From Candidatus Bathyarchaeota archaeon (GTDB taxonomy: Archaea > Thermoproteota > Bathyarchaeia > Bathyarchaeales > Bathycorpusculaceae): a DNA stretch of 64,000 nucleotides. The stretch is from contig OY970176.1 of assembly GCA_963707955.1 (NCBI GenBank), positions 1,408,001 through 1,472,000 on the forward strand, given 5' to 3'. The notes beneath the pieces are model-generated. The model did not search any database and was not told where the DNA came from. It worked only from the letters and a program-made list of their open reading frames with translations. Made by a program: the position numbers and the translations under genes. Positions 1-9,111 of the stretch are shown here, one piece after another; position 1 is the stretch's first letter, and every line of letters begins with the position of its first letter.

Positions 1-1
1 A

Positions 2-124
2 AGAAAGGACAGCGTTCAGATCAAACTCACGAGGCCGGTCTGCGTGCAAACAGGATCAAGAGTTGCGCTGAGCAGAAAAATCGCAGGAAGATGGCGGCTA
101 ATAGGCTATGGAATGATACGGTAA
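2..124 (+). CDS. eif2g: translation initiation factor aIF-2 gamma, C-terminal end (partial)
   Basis: Frame 2 reads [40 protein letters not shown], the typical aIF2g C-terminus; followed by the PIN gene as in the conserved archaeal operon. Confidence 0.9.
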   Translation, partial: RKDSVQIKLTRPVCVQTGSRVALSRKIAGRWRLIGYGMIR

Positions 125-125
125 A

Positions 126-551
126 ATGACGGCAGAACCTAGGCCTGCAAGAAGAAAATTGAAGATTATACTCGATTCAAACGCTCTGTTCGTTCCGCTT
201 CAGTTCAACATCGACCTTTTCGAAGATTTAAAAAAGCTTTTGAACAGGAATTTTGAGCTTGTCCTGCTTTCCCCAACCCGGCTGGAGCTTGAGAGAATAG
301 CAACTCAAGGTTCTTCCAGCATGCGCAAGAACGCGGCTCTTGCACTGAAACTGGCTGAAAAGTGCAAGCCACTGGATATCGGTCCACGAACAGGCGCGTC
401 CACAGACGACCTTATCGTCCAAGCGGCTGCAAAGTACAAGTACCCAGTGTTCACGAACGACAGACAACTGAGGAACAGGCTAAGAGATATAAATGTGCCA
501 GTTGTTTATGTGAGGCAAAAGTCACGGTTAGAAATTGACGGGAGGCTGTAA
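126..551 (+). CDS. PIN-domain ribonuclease (Fcf1/Utp24-like)
   Basis: ILDSNAL, TDDLIV and VFTNDRQL PIN motifs; located between eIF2g and rpoE. Confidence 0.85.
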   Translation: MTAEPRPARRKLKIILDSNALFVPLQFNIDLFEDLKKLLNRNFELVLLSPTRLELERIATQGSSSMRKNAALALKLAEKCKPLDIGPRTGASTDDLIVQAAAKYKYPVFTNDRQLRNRLRDINVPVVYVRQKSRLEIDGRL

Positions 552-554
552 CCC

Positions 555-1151
555 CTGTTTAAACTTGTAACCTTAGAAGACACGATTCGGATTCCGCCTG
601 ACACATTCGGCAACCCACTCGAATCGGTGGGATACCAGCAGGTCAAGGCGAAATACGAAGGAGTCGTCGACGAGGAGCTAGGCTATGTCATAGCCGTAAC
701 CGAAGCGAAAGTAAGCTCCATGGGCAAGATAATCCCAGGCGACGGCGCTACGTATCACAGGGTGAACTTTTCACTTTTAACCTTCTACCCTAAAATTCAA
801 GAAGTCGTGGAAGGCGAAGTCGTTGAGATGGCCGACTTCGGCGCTTTCGTCCGCATCGGACCGATTGACGCGCTGCTTCACGTTTCCCAACTCATGGACG
901 ACTTCATCTCTTACGACGAGAAGCAAGGAGTATTGCTGGGAAAGGAAAGTAAACGCAAGCTGATGAGCGGCGACCAAGTTCGCGTCCGCATAACCGCAGT
1001 ATCGCTTGGCAGAGCTGGAAGTTCGGGAAAAATCGGCGTCACAGCAAGACAGCCCTTCCTTGGCAAGCTTGAATGGATTGAAACCGACTTGAAGAAGATG
1101 AAGGAAGCAGCGGAGAAGAAAGCATCCGAGAAAAAGGTGAGAGCAGAATGA
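555..1151 (+). CDS. rpoE1: RNA polymerase subunit E' (Rpo7)
   Basis: S1 domain (GAFVRIGPIDALLHVSQ). The conserved N-terminus FKLVTLEDTIRIPP lies upstream of the called GTG, so the in-frame CTG at 555 is the likely start. Confidence 0.93.
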   Translation: MFKLVTLEDTIRIPPDTFGNPLESVGYQQVKAKYEGVVDEELGYVIAVTEAKVSSMGKIIPGDGATYHRVNFSLLTFYPKIQEVVEGEVVEMADFGAFVRIGPIDALLHVSQLMDDFISYDEKQGVLLGKESKRKLMSGDQVRVRITAVSLGRAGSSGKIGVTARQPFLGKLEWIETDLKKMKEAAEKKASEKKVRAE

Positions 1152-1333
1152 GCGAAAAAGCCTGCCCAAACTGTCACTGTCTGAGCAGAGGAAACGTCTG
1201 TCCTAAGTGCAAAGCGACAGGCCTGAGCGACGATTTTAGCGGTTTGGTGATCATCTTTGACCCTGAAGGCTCAGCAATTGCAAAGGCCATGAACATCAAA
1301 GACAAAGGCCGCTTTGCCCTAAGGGTCAGATGA
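1148..1333 (+). CDS. spt4: transcription elongation factor Spt4 (RpoE'')
   Basis: CxxC...CPxC zinc ribbon, FSGLVIIFDPEGSAIA; overlaps rpoE1 stop. Confidence 0.93.
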   Translation: MSEKACPNCHCLSRGNVCPKCKATGLSDDFSGLVIIFDPEGSAIAKAMNIKDKGRFALRVR

Positions 1334-1334
1334 G

Positions 1335-1865
1335 ATGGCTGTTCAACACTATCTTACACCCGAACTGCGCGAAACTCTGAAGCAACCGTTGGGCACTCTG
1401 ATTCGAGGCTCTTTTGTCGACACAATGAAAAGACTGAAGAAAATGGTTGAGCAAGAAAACCCTACGAGCATAATTTCCGTCGGGGATACTGTCTCAAAGA
1501 ACCTTGCGGAGAACGGCTTTTCCCCCAAATTGTACATAATAGACAACAACTGCATGAGGAGGAGCACGAAACCTTCTAAGTTGCCTGCAGACCGGACAGT
1601 TTACATCACAAATCCTCGAGGAACAATTACAGACGAAGCCGAACAAGCGATAAAAGCTGCCTTGAAAGAGAGTGAACATGTCAAAATCGTCGTCAAAGGC
1701 GAAGAAGACCTGTTGACGCTCGTTGCCATCGCCTACGCGTCCGAAGACTCGTACGTCATATACGGTCAGCCACACGAAGGCATCGTCGTGGTCAAGGTCA
1801 CTCCTGACAAGAAAAGAGAAATCGCATCAATCCTAGAGTCCATGGAAAAGCGTTCAAAAAGCTAA
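1335..1865 (+). CDS. GTP-dependent dephospho-CoA kinase (DUF359)
   Basis: VGDTVS, GEEDLL and YGQP motifs; conserved position after spt4. Confidence 0.88.
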   Translation: MAVQHYLTPELRETLKQPLGTLIRGSFVDTMKRLKKMVEQENPTSIISVGDTVSKNLAENGFSPKLYIIDNNCMRRSTKPSKLPADRTVYITNPRGTITDEAEQAIKAALKESEHVKIVVKGEEDLLTLVAIAYASEDSYVIYGQPHEGIVVVKVTPDKKREIASILESMEKRSKS

Positions 1866-1908
1866 ATAAGAGAGTGTAACATCAAGTCAACACCGCACAC
1901 GAGGAAAC

Positions 1909-2226
1909 ATGATGGAAGTCAACATAGTGTCACAGAAAGAGAACCCGCTGCTGAAGCGGAAGGAAATTCGTTTTAACGTCAAACACGTCGCAGGCGCCAC
2001 ACCACCGAGACTAGAAATCAGAAAAGCAGTCGCAGACGCGTTGAAGTCAAACGTGGACCTGATTTTTGTCAAAAAATTCGAAACAAGGCCTGGAACTCAC
2101 ACGGCTGTAGGCGTGGCGAACCTTTACGATTCTGCCGAACAGGCGAAACTCATCGAACCGAATTACATTATCAAAAGAAACGTTCCTCCTCCCGAGAAGC
2201 CTAAAGAAGAAGAGAAGAAGGGGTAG
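1909..2226 (+). CDS. rps24e: 30S ribosomal protein S24e
   Basis: ENPLLKRKEI, ATPPRLEIR motifs. Confidence 0.93.
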   Translation: MMEVNIVSQKENPLLKRKEIRFNVKHVAGATPPRLEIRKAVADALKSNVDLIFVKKFETRPGTHTAVGVANLYDSAEQAKLIEPNYIIKRNVPPPEKPKEEEKKG

Positions 2227-2234
2227 AGTAGAAA

Positions 2235-2555
2235 ATGCCCAAGAAGGAAGAAAAGAAAGAGGCGCCTAAGAAGGGAGAAGAGCCCAAGAAAGAAGTGAAG
2301 AAAGCAGAAGAAGCCCCAGTGGAAGCGCCGAAGGAAGAAGCAAAACCTGCGAAACCCGAGAAAGCTGCAAAACCCGAGAAAAAGAAGAAGGAAGAAAAGG
2401 GCGTTTTCAAACTGTACAGGGTTGAGGCTGAAAAGGTCATTAGACTTCGCCCAACATGCGAACGATGCGGACCCGGATACTTCATGGCGGACCATGGTAA
2501 CAGGTACACTTGTGGACACTGCGGGTTCACGCGGTACAAGCCCGCTAAGGAATGA
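2235..2555 (+). CDS. rps27ae: 30S ribosomal protein S27ae with long K/E/P/A-rich N-terminal extension
   Basis: C-terminal CERCGPGYFMADHGNRYTCGHCG zinc finger. Confidence 0.92.
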   Translation: MPKKEEKKEAPKKGEEPKKEVKKAEEAPVEAPKEEAKPAKPEKAAKPEKKKKEEKGVFKLYRVEAEKVIRLRPTCERCGPGYFMADHGNRYTCGHCGFTRYKPAKE

Positions 2556-2589
2556 ACATCTTTAAATTATCCGACACCGTGATAGCTTC

Positions 2590-3030
2590 TTGATGGTAAA
2601 CGAAATGCTCAGAGTAAACGTCGTCATCTCAAATATTTCTGCCGAACGTTTCTTAGACTTTAGGAAGCCTTTCCCTCAAGTTCATATAAACACGAACCTT
2701 AACCTTACGGGGATGGAGAAGAAACTGGATGAGTCATTGGACGTTCCGTTCGTTCTGACTATCAGTTACAACCCTTCAGTGGCGCAGATAAACCTGAAGG
2801 GAACCGCATACGTGGTCGGCGACAAGGGTGAAACTGAAAGCGTCTACAAGGAATACGAAGAGAAGAAACCCCCGCCACCAATTATAGTACAGTCAGTTTC
2901 AAACGTTGCCTTCATCGAGTCTGTCCTGATATCCAGAACATTGAACATTCCGCCACCTATCCCGCTGCCCCAAATAGGGGAAACTAAGCCAGGCGAGAAG
3001 AAGCCCGTAGGCAGGGATTACAGCGCCTGA
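2590..3030 (+). CDS. conserved archaeal hypothetical protein (possibly SecB-like fold)
   Basis: Clean 146-aa ORF with an alternating beta pattern and C-terminal NIPPPIPLP; fold is inferred. Confidence 0.65.
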   Translation: MMVNEMLRVNVVISNISAERFLDFRKPFPQVHINTNLNLTGMEKKLDESLDVPFVLTISYNPSVAQINLKGTAYVVGDKGETESVYKEYEEKKPPPPIIVQSVSNVAFIESVLISRTLNIPPPIPLPQIGETKPGEKKPVGRDYSA

Positions 3031-3058
3031 ACAGGGCGAGAAGCAAGTTACCAGCAGG

Positions 3059-3463
3059 TTACTTCAGCGGCACGTACATCGAGGAACGCGACGCGCCGAT
3101 GCCGGGAGTACCGTGTCTAACAGGCTTGTTTGTGACTGCAAACTCTCCCAGGTAATGTCCAATCATTTCAGGCTTTATTTCCACCTGCACAAAATCTTTG
3201 CCGTTGTGCACCTGGATCAGCAAGCCGACCATTTCAGGCAGAATTATCATGTTCCGCACGTGCGTTTTAATGGCAGGGTTGCCTCCCTTTCGAAGCTCTT
3301 CCCTCGCGCGCCTGACCTTTTCAAGCAGTATCCTCTGCTCCGCCTGCAAACCCCGATGAAGACTCCTTCTCTGCCTTGAAGGGAGAAGGTCGATGAATTC
3401 GTCCATTGACATGCTCTGCAGCTGGCTCAACGAAAGCCCGCGATACATGAACTCTTTCGGCAT
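3059..3463 (-). CDS. rps19: 30S ribosomal protein S19
   Basis: [38 protein letters not shown]. Confidence 0.97.
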   Translation of the reverse strand: MPKEFMYRGLSLSQLQSMSMDEFIDLLPSRQRRSLHRGLQAEQRILLEKVRRAREELRKGGNPAIKTHVRNMIILPEMVGLLIQVHNGKDFVQVEIKPEMIGHYLGEFAVTNKPVRHGTPGIGASRSSMYVPLK

Positions 3464-3494
3464 TTTTATCTCACCCTGCTTGCCGTATTAGACA

Positions 3495-4259
3495 TTATAA
3501 ACCCTCTCCTATTTTTTGCTTATCGCGCGCGCTCTTGTTTTTGCGTCCGGTGCCTCTTGCAGCTATCAGACCGACTTTTTGTCCTGGCGGAGCGCCGTGC
3601 GACGTTGTAGTGACCTTTCTTGCGCTCCTTTTACTACTGCCATACGGATGCACAGCGGCAACCATCTTTCTTCCACTTGTCCTCGGGTACTTGCGCCCCC
3701 TAGCCCTCATCAAGTGGAACTTCGCGCCTGCTCTCAGGAAGGGTTTGTCCGTTCTTCCGGACGCTGAGACGATGCCGATCGTTGCTCGACAATAGTCAGC
3801 CACGTACTTTGACTTTCCAGACGGCAACTTGATTATCGTCCCTTTGGGCGTGTGAGTAACGACCGTCGCGTACGATCCTGAGGATTTTGAAAGCTTGCCG
3901 CCGTCCCCGGGGCGGAGTTCCACGTTGCAGACCATTGTGCCTTCTGGGATCTTGCCAACTGGCATGATGTTGCCCACGTCGACTGGAGCCTTCCCGCCAA
4001 TCTGAATCTGTTTGCCCTCGTAGACCCCTTCAGGAACAACCGTGAAGAATGTTTGTCCATCTTCAGACCGTATCAGTCCCAGAGGTGTTCCTCGCCCAGG
4101 GTCATGAAGGAGCTCTTCAATCACGCAGTTGAATGATGACTCAAATTCCTTCAGTTTTGTCGTTGGCGGGTACCGAGCAGGGGCCACCCTCTTGTGGGTT
4201 GCGGCTCGGAACGTGGAGCCTCCACGCCCGCGTCTTTGAACACGAATTCTCTTTCCCAC
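3495..4259 (-). CDS. rpl2: 50S ribosomal protein L2
   Basis: MGKRIRVQRRGRG, HDPGRG, PPGQKVGLIAAR. Confidence 0.97.
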   Translation of the reverse strand: MGKRIRVQRRGRGGSTFRAATHKRVAPARYPPTTKLKEFESSFNCVIEELLHDPGRGTPLGLIRSEDGQTFFTVVPEGVYEGKQIQIGGKAPVDVGNIMPVGKIPEGTMVCNVELRPGDGGKLSKSSGSYATVVTHTPKGTIIKLPSGKSKYVADYCRATIGIVSASGRTDKPFLRAGAKFHLMRARGRKYPRTSGRKMVAAVHPYGSSKRSARKVTTTSHGAPPGQKVGLIAARGTGRKNKSARDKQKIGEGL

Positions 4260-4277
4260 TGTCAGTCCACCATACAG

Positions 4278-4313
4278 GTTTAAAGTATTCCAAGTGTTTA
4301 AAGTATTCCAAGT
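4278..4313. repeat. perfect 18-bp tandem duplication (GTTTAAAGTATTCCAAGT x2) of the rpl23 3' end
   Basis: Units read directly at 4278-4295 and 4296-4313. Confidence 0.9.
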
Positions 4314-4558
4314 CTGATTGCAATGTCGACTGCCTTGTAATCTGGATGAAGCTTGACGAACGCCTTCTTTTCGCCGGTCGAGGTGATCAGAACGTTGATG
4401 TCTTCAACTCTCACTTCGTAGAGCGTTTCAACCGCCTTTTTGACATCAGATTTGTTTGCTTTCAGGCTGACCATGAAAACCAGTTTGTTCTCTTTTTCAA
4501 CCATGAGGCTGGCGGACTCAGTCATTAAAGGATAGAGTATGACATCATAAGGGTCCAT
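4298..4558 (-). CDS. rpl23: 50S ribosomal protein L23
   Basis: YPLMTE, ENKLVF, GEKKAFVKL. Confidence 0.96.
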   Translation of the reverse strand: MDPYDVILYPLMTESASLMVEKENKLVFMVSLKANKSDVKKAVETLYEVRVEDINVLITSTGEKKAFVKLHPDYKAVDIAIRLGIL

Positions 4559-5355
4559 TACGCCTGCCCTCCTTGGCCGTGCAGCTTAGCAAGCTCCTCA
4601 ACCGCGCTGCTTGTCCATATCGTGAATCTTCCAGGATGCGTGCCCGGAGCCAATATCTCCGGGTTAAGGTTTCTGACCGCGACAACGTCCACGCCTGGGA
4701 TGTTTCCTGCTGCTTCCATTATCCCCTTATTCTCAGCAACGACTATGAGTGGCCCAACAGCCTGCTTCATCTTTCTTCCTCTGCTCTTACCCTTCCCAGC
4801 CCTCACCTTTCTGCTCTCTCTCACCCGGACAATCTCTGACAACACTCCCAACCGTATGAGAACCTCTTCAACTTCCTTGGTCCTCTTCAAGCCTTCCAGT
4901 TCAGACGAGACTACAAGCGGAATTTGCGGCACGTCCTCAATGCTGTGACCCCTCTTGGCCACAGTCTCTTTCGATGCCGTCGCTGCTATAGCCGAGAACA
5001 GGGCTAGCCTCTTCTCCTTCTTCGGAATCCTCTTAACAATCTTCTTCTCCGAGGTTGGTGGATGCGACTGCCTTCCCCCGACCGTTCCCGGTGCGAAAGC
5101 CGCTCTTGCAGACGCAGTCTTGCGTCTCGGCAATCTGGCTTGGCCTGAACCTGTGCCTCTGGATTCGGCTGTCGTTCTCTTTCCCGCCATGGGGTCTCTG
5201 CCCTGTGGTTGAAGCCTATTTGACTGTATTGCCAGAACAGCCCGCTTTATGACGTCCGGCCTCAGCGGTGTCGCGAAAACTGGTGGAAGCTCAATCTTTC
5301 CCACCGCCTTACCTTCAAGGTTGAAAACCTTCGCCGCCTTCTTAACCATTAGCAT
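4558..5355 (-). CDS. rpl4: 50S ribosomal protein L4
   Basis: QPQGRDPMAGKRTTAES, LAPGTHPGRFTIWT. Confidence 0.97.
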   Translation of the reverse strand: MLMVKKAAKVFNLEGKAVGKIELPPVFATPLRPDVIKRAVLAIQSNRLQPQGRDPMAGKRTTAESRGTGSGQARLPRRKTASARAAFAPGTVGGRQSHPPTSEKKIVKRIPKKEKRLALFSAIAATASKETVAKRGHSIEDVPQIPLVVSSELEGLKRTKEVEEVLIRLGVLSEIVRVRESRKVRAGKGKSRGRKMKQAVGPLIVVAENKGIMEAAGNIPGVDVVAVRNLNPEILAPGTHPGRFTIWTSSAVEELAKLHGQGGQA

Positions 5356-5362
5356 TCACCGA

Positions 5363-6376
5363 CTATCTTCCCTGCGGAGACTCAAGGGATATTTGGGTTA
5401 TTTGCGGCGGCTCTTCCGGTACTCCTCTCGGTGGGCGTGCCGGGTAGCGCATTCGTATTGGACGCTTCTCCGTGCCTGCTATGCTTCCTGCAAGAAGCAC
5501 GTAGGGACCTTTGACTAAGCCGTATCTTAGGAAACCACCTTTTGGCGTGATCTCTTTTCCATCCTTACCTATCTTGAGGATTCGTTTGTTGTACTCTGTT
5601 CTCTGATGAAAACCCATTTGCCCTGCTCTTGGGACGCTGTACATTACGTGGTGCGGGTTCCACGGGCCCAGCGTTGCAACGCCTCTCTTTGTCTTTCTTC
5701 CCTTAGCCTGGAGTATTGTGACTCCCCAACGTTTTACAGGTCCTTGAAAGCCCTTACCTGTTGAAACTGAAGCTATGTCAACGTACTGGCCTTCCTTGAA
5801 AATCTCCGCCGGGGTTGCGGTTTTCCCAAGAAGGCTTTTTGCGTACTCGAACTGTTGCTGGACTGTTCCTCCGCCTATTTCTATTTCTGCCATGTCAGGC
5901 TTCTTCTTCGGCACACTTGTCTGCCTTGGCTGAGTTACAGCGATAACACGGACCCTCACAACTCGAGGCAGGTTCTCCTCGATCTTCTTCAGAGCTTCTT
6001 CCGTCTTGAAATCTTCCGCAAGCGTGAAAACTCTTTCTAAGTCGTCTGGCAGGTCTTTCGCCCATGCTTCAGCTAAGGTTCGCAAACCATTGACGTCTTT
6101 CGCGTAGACCTTTACGCCGCAGACAAGAATGGGCGGGGTCTCCAAGATCGTGGCTGGAAGAATCACTTCCTTGCCAAAATCCGGCGAACGCTTCCAGTCT
6201 TCTATCGTGAACACGTGGGTCATGCCGGCTTTGTAGCCTGTAAACCCTAGAAGCCGAGGCGTTTCTGATTCAACTCTGGGCCAGAAGCGCACTCTGGCCA
6301 GTAAGTGTTCAGCACGTTTCCTGGGCAAATATGCCAGAGAACCATGTCTTGGAGCGTGCGTTTTACGATGTCCCAT
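5363..6376 (-). CDS. rpl3: 50S ribosomal protein L3
   Basis: APRHGSLAYLPRKR, GYKAGMTH, GKGFQGPVKRWG. Confidence 0.97.
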   Translation of the reverse strand: MGHRKTHAPRHGSLAYLPRKRAEHLLARVRFWPRVESETPRLLGFTGYKAGMTHVFTIEDWKRSPDFGKEVILPATILETPPILVCGVKVYAKDVNGLRTLAEAWAKDLPDDLERVFTLAEDFKTEEALKKIEENLPRVVRVRVIAVTQPRQTSVPKKKPDMAEIEIGGGTVQQQFEYAKSLLGKTATPAEIFKEGQYVDIASVSTGKGFQGPVKRWGVTILQAKGRKTKRGVATLGPWNPHHVMYSVPRAGQMGFHQRTEYNKRILKIGKDGKEITPKGGFLRYGLVKGPYVLLAGSIAGTEKRPIRMRYPARPPRGVPEEPPQITQISLESPQGR

Positions 6377-6884
6377 TATTTTTTCGCTTCGCGACTTCTA
6401 GGAATGAGAACAATGAGTTACAATGGTCTCCTAAAGGAGAACATTAAACCTATCGTTCTCACTCTCTATTTTTAAGTGCTTTAAGAGAAAAAGGCATGGA
6501 AGTATTTATTCTTTCTTTAAGCCTTCCTCAACGTTATGCTCCCGTCGCTGTTTTTCTCGATTCTTAGAATCATTCCCTTCTGCCTGCACGTCGCAGATGA
6601 CGTTTGGATAGTGTTTCCGTGGGAAGCACGTTGATGTGGCGCTCGCGCACATCCTCTTTCTCATTTTGTTGTTGAGATGCAGTTGATGGGACATTTTGTT
6701 ATTTTAACTGACAAAAAAGGCAGTTAATGTATATTTTAAGTGAGACTGTGATACTTCAGAGAATTATGTCCACAGTTGCTTCCAGATCTTTCAAGCAAGA
6801 CTACCACAAGACAACTTTCATATTAGGTATCTTTGTTAGCGCGCGCTAATGAGCTAGATTTTGACTGTTTGACAATGATGAAAA

Positions 6885-7323
6885 GTGATATCTGTCAGAG
6901 CCTTATCAATACCATTTGTAGAGGCATCGAGGTTGGACTATAGTGAAATCTTGGTTGGACTGGTATCAGTGGTCGTAGGTGCTTTCGTTGGTTTTCTCGG
7001 TTCAATAATACGCGACTGGCGGAAAGAGAAGAACGAGAAGAAAGAGTTGAAGAGTCGCATAAAAGAAGACCTTGAAATCATCAAAGATAAACTGGTTTCC
7101 GACCTGCAAACAGGAAACGTGCGTCCTCAAGCATTTTTTATTGAGGTGTATGCGGCTCTGAAGCAAGAAGCTAATTCGTAACTTAAATGTGAAAATATCT
7201 CAAAGCGTTCTACGGACTCACATCACGCTTGATGAACTGAGAATGCCTTTGCCAGAGGAAGAGTTGAAAAAGAAGTATTTAGAAGCCATGAATGTAATAA
7301 ACGGAACCTTGAAATTACTCTAG
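6885..7323 (+). pseudogene. single-TM hypothetical protein with a frameshift near 7170
   Basis: N-terminal hydrophobic helix; reading continues in another frame as LIRNLNVKISQ...GTLKLL* to TAG at 7323. Confidence 0.55.
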
Positions 7324-7407
7324 GACTACGCGCGCCCGAACTACATGCTCAGACAAAATCCAAGACTTAATGAGAAAGAAGTTCATTAGAGTATTGAGAG
7401 TCTGTTT

Positions 7408-7521
7408 ATGAGCAGGCGTAGACGGTTTGACAGACTTGAATGTCAGGGTTGCATTTACAAGGGTAGCACGTACTGCTGGAGACAGTGCCCGTATAACATC
7501 TGGAAGACGGAAGAATACTAG
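7408..7521 (+). CDS. 37-aa basic Cys4 microprotein (MSRRRRFDRLECQGCIYKGSTYCWRQCPYNIWKTEEY)
   Basis: Below the ORF-track cutoff; CxxC-x7-CxxxC pattern and Arg-rich start. Confidence 0.6.
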   Translation: MSRRRRFDRLECQGCIYKGSTYCWRQCPYNIWKTEEY

Positions 7522-7552
7522 ATCTCACGCTGAGCGAACGCAACGATTGAGA

Positions 7553-7645
7553 CTACTTCTTCAAGCGTTTCTCCTTGTGCTTTCTTCTTTTCTCTTCTCT
7601 TTCCTTTTTAGTCATTGGTTTCTTTTTAGTGCTTCCAGTGCTCAA
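7553..7645 (-). CDS. 30-aa Lys/Arg-rich microprotein (MSTGSTKKKPMTKKEREEKRRKHKEKRLKK)
   Basis: TTG start preceded by SD-like GGTGAT; strongly biased composition. Confidence 0.6.
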   Translation of the reverse strand: MSTGSTKKKPMTKKEREEKRRKHKEKRLKK

Positions 7646-7680
7646 TGCAATCACCACGCCTAAATAGTCAGAATAGGGAA

Positions 7681-7833
7681 TTAAGTTTCTGCGCGCGCTC
7701 TGGCTAATGCGCGTGCTTCTTCTTTTCTCCTTACTTTTTCAACGTTACTCTTTCCATGTTTCCATTTTCCTCGGCTTTTCATTCTTTTCAAAAATCGTTC
7801 TCTTTTCGCCTGCTTCTTCTCAGATCGTTTCAA
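7681..7833 (-). CDS. 50-aa Lys/Arg-rich microprotein (MKRSEKKQAKRERFLKRMKSRGKWKHGK...)
   Basis: TTG start with GGAGG upstream; co-oriented with the 30-aa basic ORF. Confidence 0.6.
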   Translation of the reverse strand: MKRSEKKQAKRERFLKRMKSRGKWKHGKSNVEKVRRKEEARALARARAET

Positions 7834-8093
7834 ACAAATCTTCCCTCCCAGAATCAAATAGTAACAACAAACAAGAACTATAACCTATCACCTAAATGCG
7901 AAGTGAATGCTGTGTCTGAAACCGGAATCTAGGATAAGGGAGCCGCGTGAAAACATCCTCAGGATGGCTCTGTTGTTTAATCGCTTTATAAGGGAGTATA
8001 CGTAGTATAGGACTGCGGCGTTCTGTTGTTGAAGGACGAGAAGAACACAGCAACGTTACAAGTTAAAATCAATGATGAAAGATGTGATGGAAA

Positions 8094-8381
8094 ATGGCGG
8101 AAAAATCGGCAATTGTTTTCATTGGAAGTAAAACACCAATGGACTATGTTCTAGCAGTTATCACCAGACTATCCGCGGGCGATGCTAAGGAAGTGATCTT
8201 GAAAGCACGAGGACGAGCAATCACAACAGCTGTTGACGTAGCTGAAATAACCAGAAATCGCTTCCTAAAAGACCTAAAAGTGAGCAAAATAGCTATCGGA
8301 ACAGAGGAGATGCCGGCAAGAGAAGGCGAAAACAGAGCAAGGATGGTTTCAACAATAGAAATAAGCCTTGCAAAAGAGTAG
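8094..8381 (+). CDS. albA: DNA/RNA-binding protein Alba
   Basis: [31 protein letters not shown]; TTTATAAG box at ~7985. Confidence 0.95.
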   Translation: MAEKSAIVFIGSKTPMDYVLAVITRLSAGDAKEVILKARGRAITTAVDVAEITRNRFLKDLKVSKIAIGTEEMPAREGENRARMVSTIEISLAKE

Positions 8382-8451
8382 GAGAACCCTCAAGAAACAC
8401 ACGCGCAATTATAGTGAGGGACTATTAAGAAGCGGACAACGATAAAAACCA

Positions 8452-8547
8452 ATGAAGCTTGCTGTTCTGGTCTACGAGTATCCCCCAAAGATCGTCGGTG
8501 GCTTGGGAACCTACCCGGCTGAAATGACTCGCAAGTTTTATTCGTAG
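8452..8547 (+). pseudogene. N-terminal fragment of a GT4 glycosyltransferase
   Basis: MKLAVLVYEYPPKIVGGLGTY is a typical GT4 N-terminus; cut off at the tbp 3' end. Confidence 0.75.
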
Positions 8548-9101
8548 AATATGAGGTTTTGTTCTTCTAAGCTTGCGTGAAGCTTGTGCACTGCGTCATA
8601 AACGTCCTGTTCTTTCTTCGCTCCTGTGCAGACAAGGTTTCCGCTTGCGAATATCAGTATGACTACTTTAGGTTCGTCCATCCTGTAGATCAATCCTGGA
8701 AACTGCTCCGGTTCATACATGGTTTTTACAAGCTTGCTAACTGCCTGTTCCAAGTCTACTTTTCCGCCTAAGCTTACGGAGGCAACGATGTTCTGAATCT
8801 TCAACTCCGGTTTGCTGATGATGATTATTCCACTCTTTTTCAACTCTTTAACAACTGTCAATACAGCCCTGCGGGCTTCTTTTTCCGATTTCGCTCCCGT
8901 GCAAACCATTTTTCCAGAATTGAAAATCAGCGTGGCTGTCTTCGGTCGTTTGAGCCTATACACCAGTCCTGGAAACTGTTCTGGACGATATTCTACTCCT
9001 GGATTACTCTTCACGACAGCGTTTAAGTCGACTTTCTGGCTTAGTGTGGCAGAAGCAACAACGTTTTGAATGTGTACTATTGCTTTAGTCTTTGGCATCA
9101 A
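8538..9101 (-). CDS. tbp: TATA-box binding protein
   Basis: Two repeats of QN(V/I)VAS / PEQFPGL / LIFxSG..VCTGAK. Confidence 0.97.
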   Translation of the reverse strand: MMPKTKAIVHIQNVVASATLSQKVDLNAVVKSNPGVEYRPEQFPGLVYRLKRPKTATLIFNSGKMVCTGAKSEKEARRAVLTVVKELKKSGIIIISKPELKIQNIVASVSLGGKVDLEQAVSKLVKTMYEPEQFPGLIYRMDEPKVVILIFASGNLVCTGAKKEQDVYDAVHKLHASLEEQNLIFYE

Positions 9102-9111
9102 AAACCACTTC

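Noticed and set aside
6506-6714. Small Cys-containing ORF upstream of rpl3, possibly with TGA readthrough
   Set aside because: Plausible pieces lie in different frames with no recognisable family or SECIS-like support.
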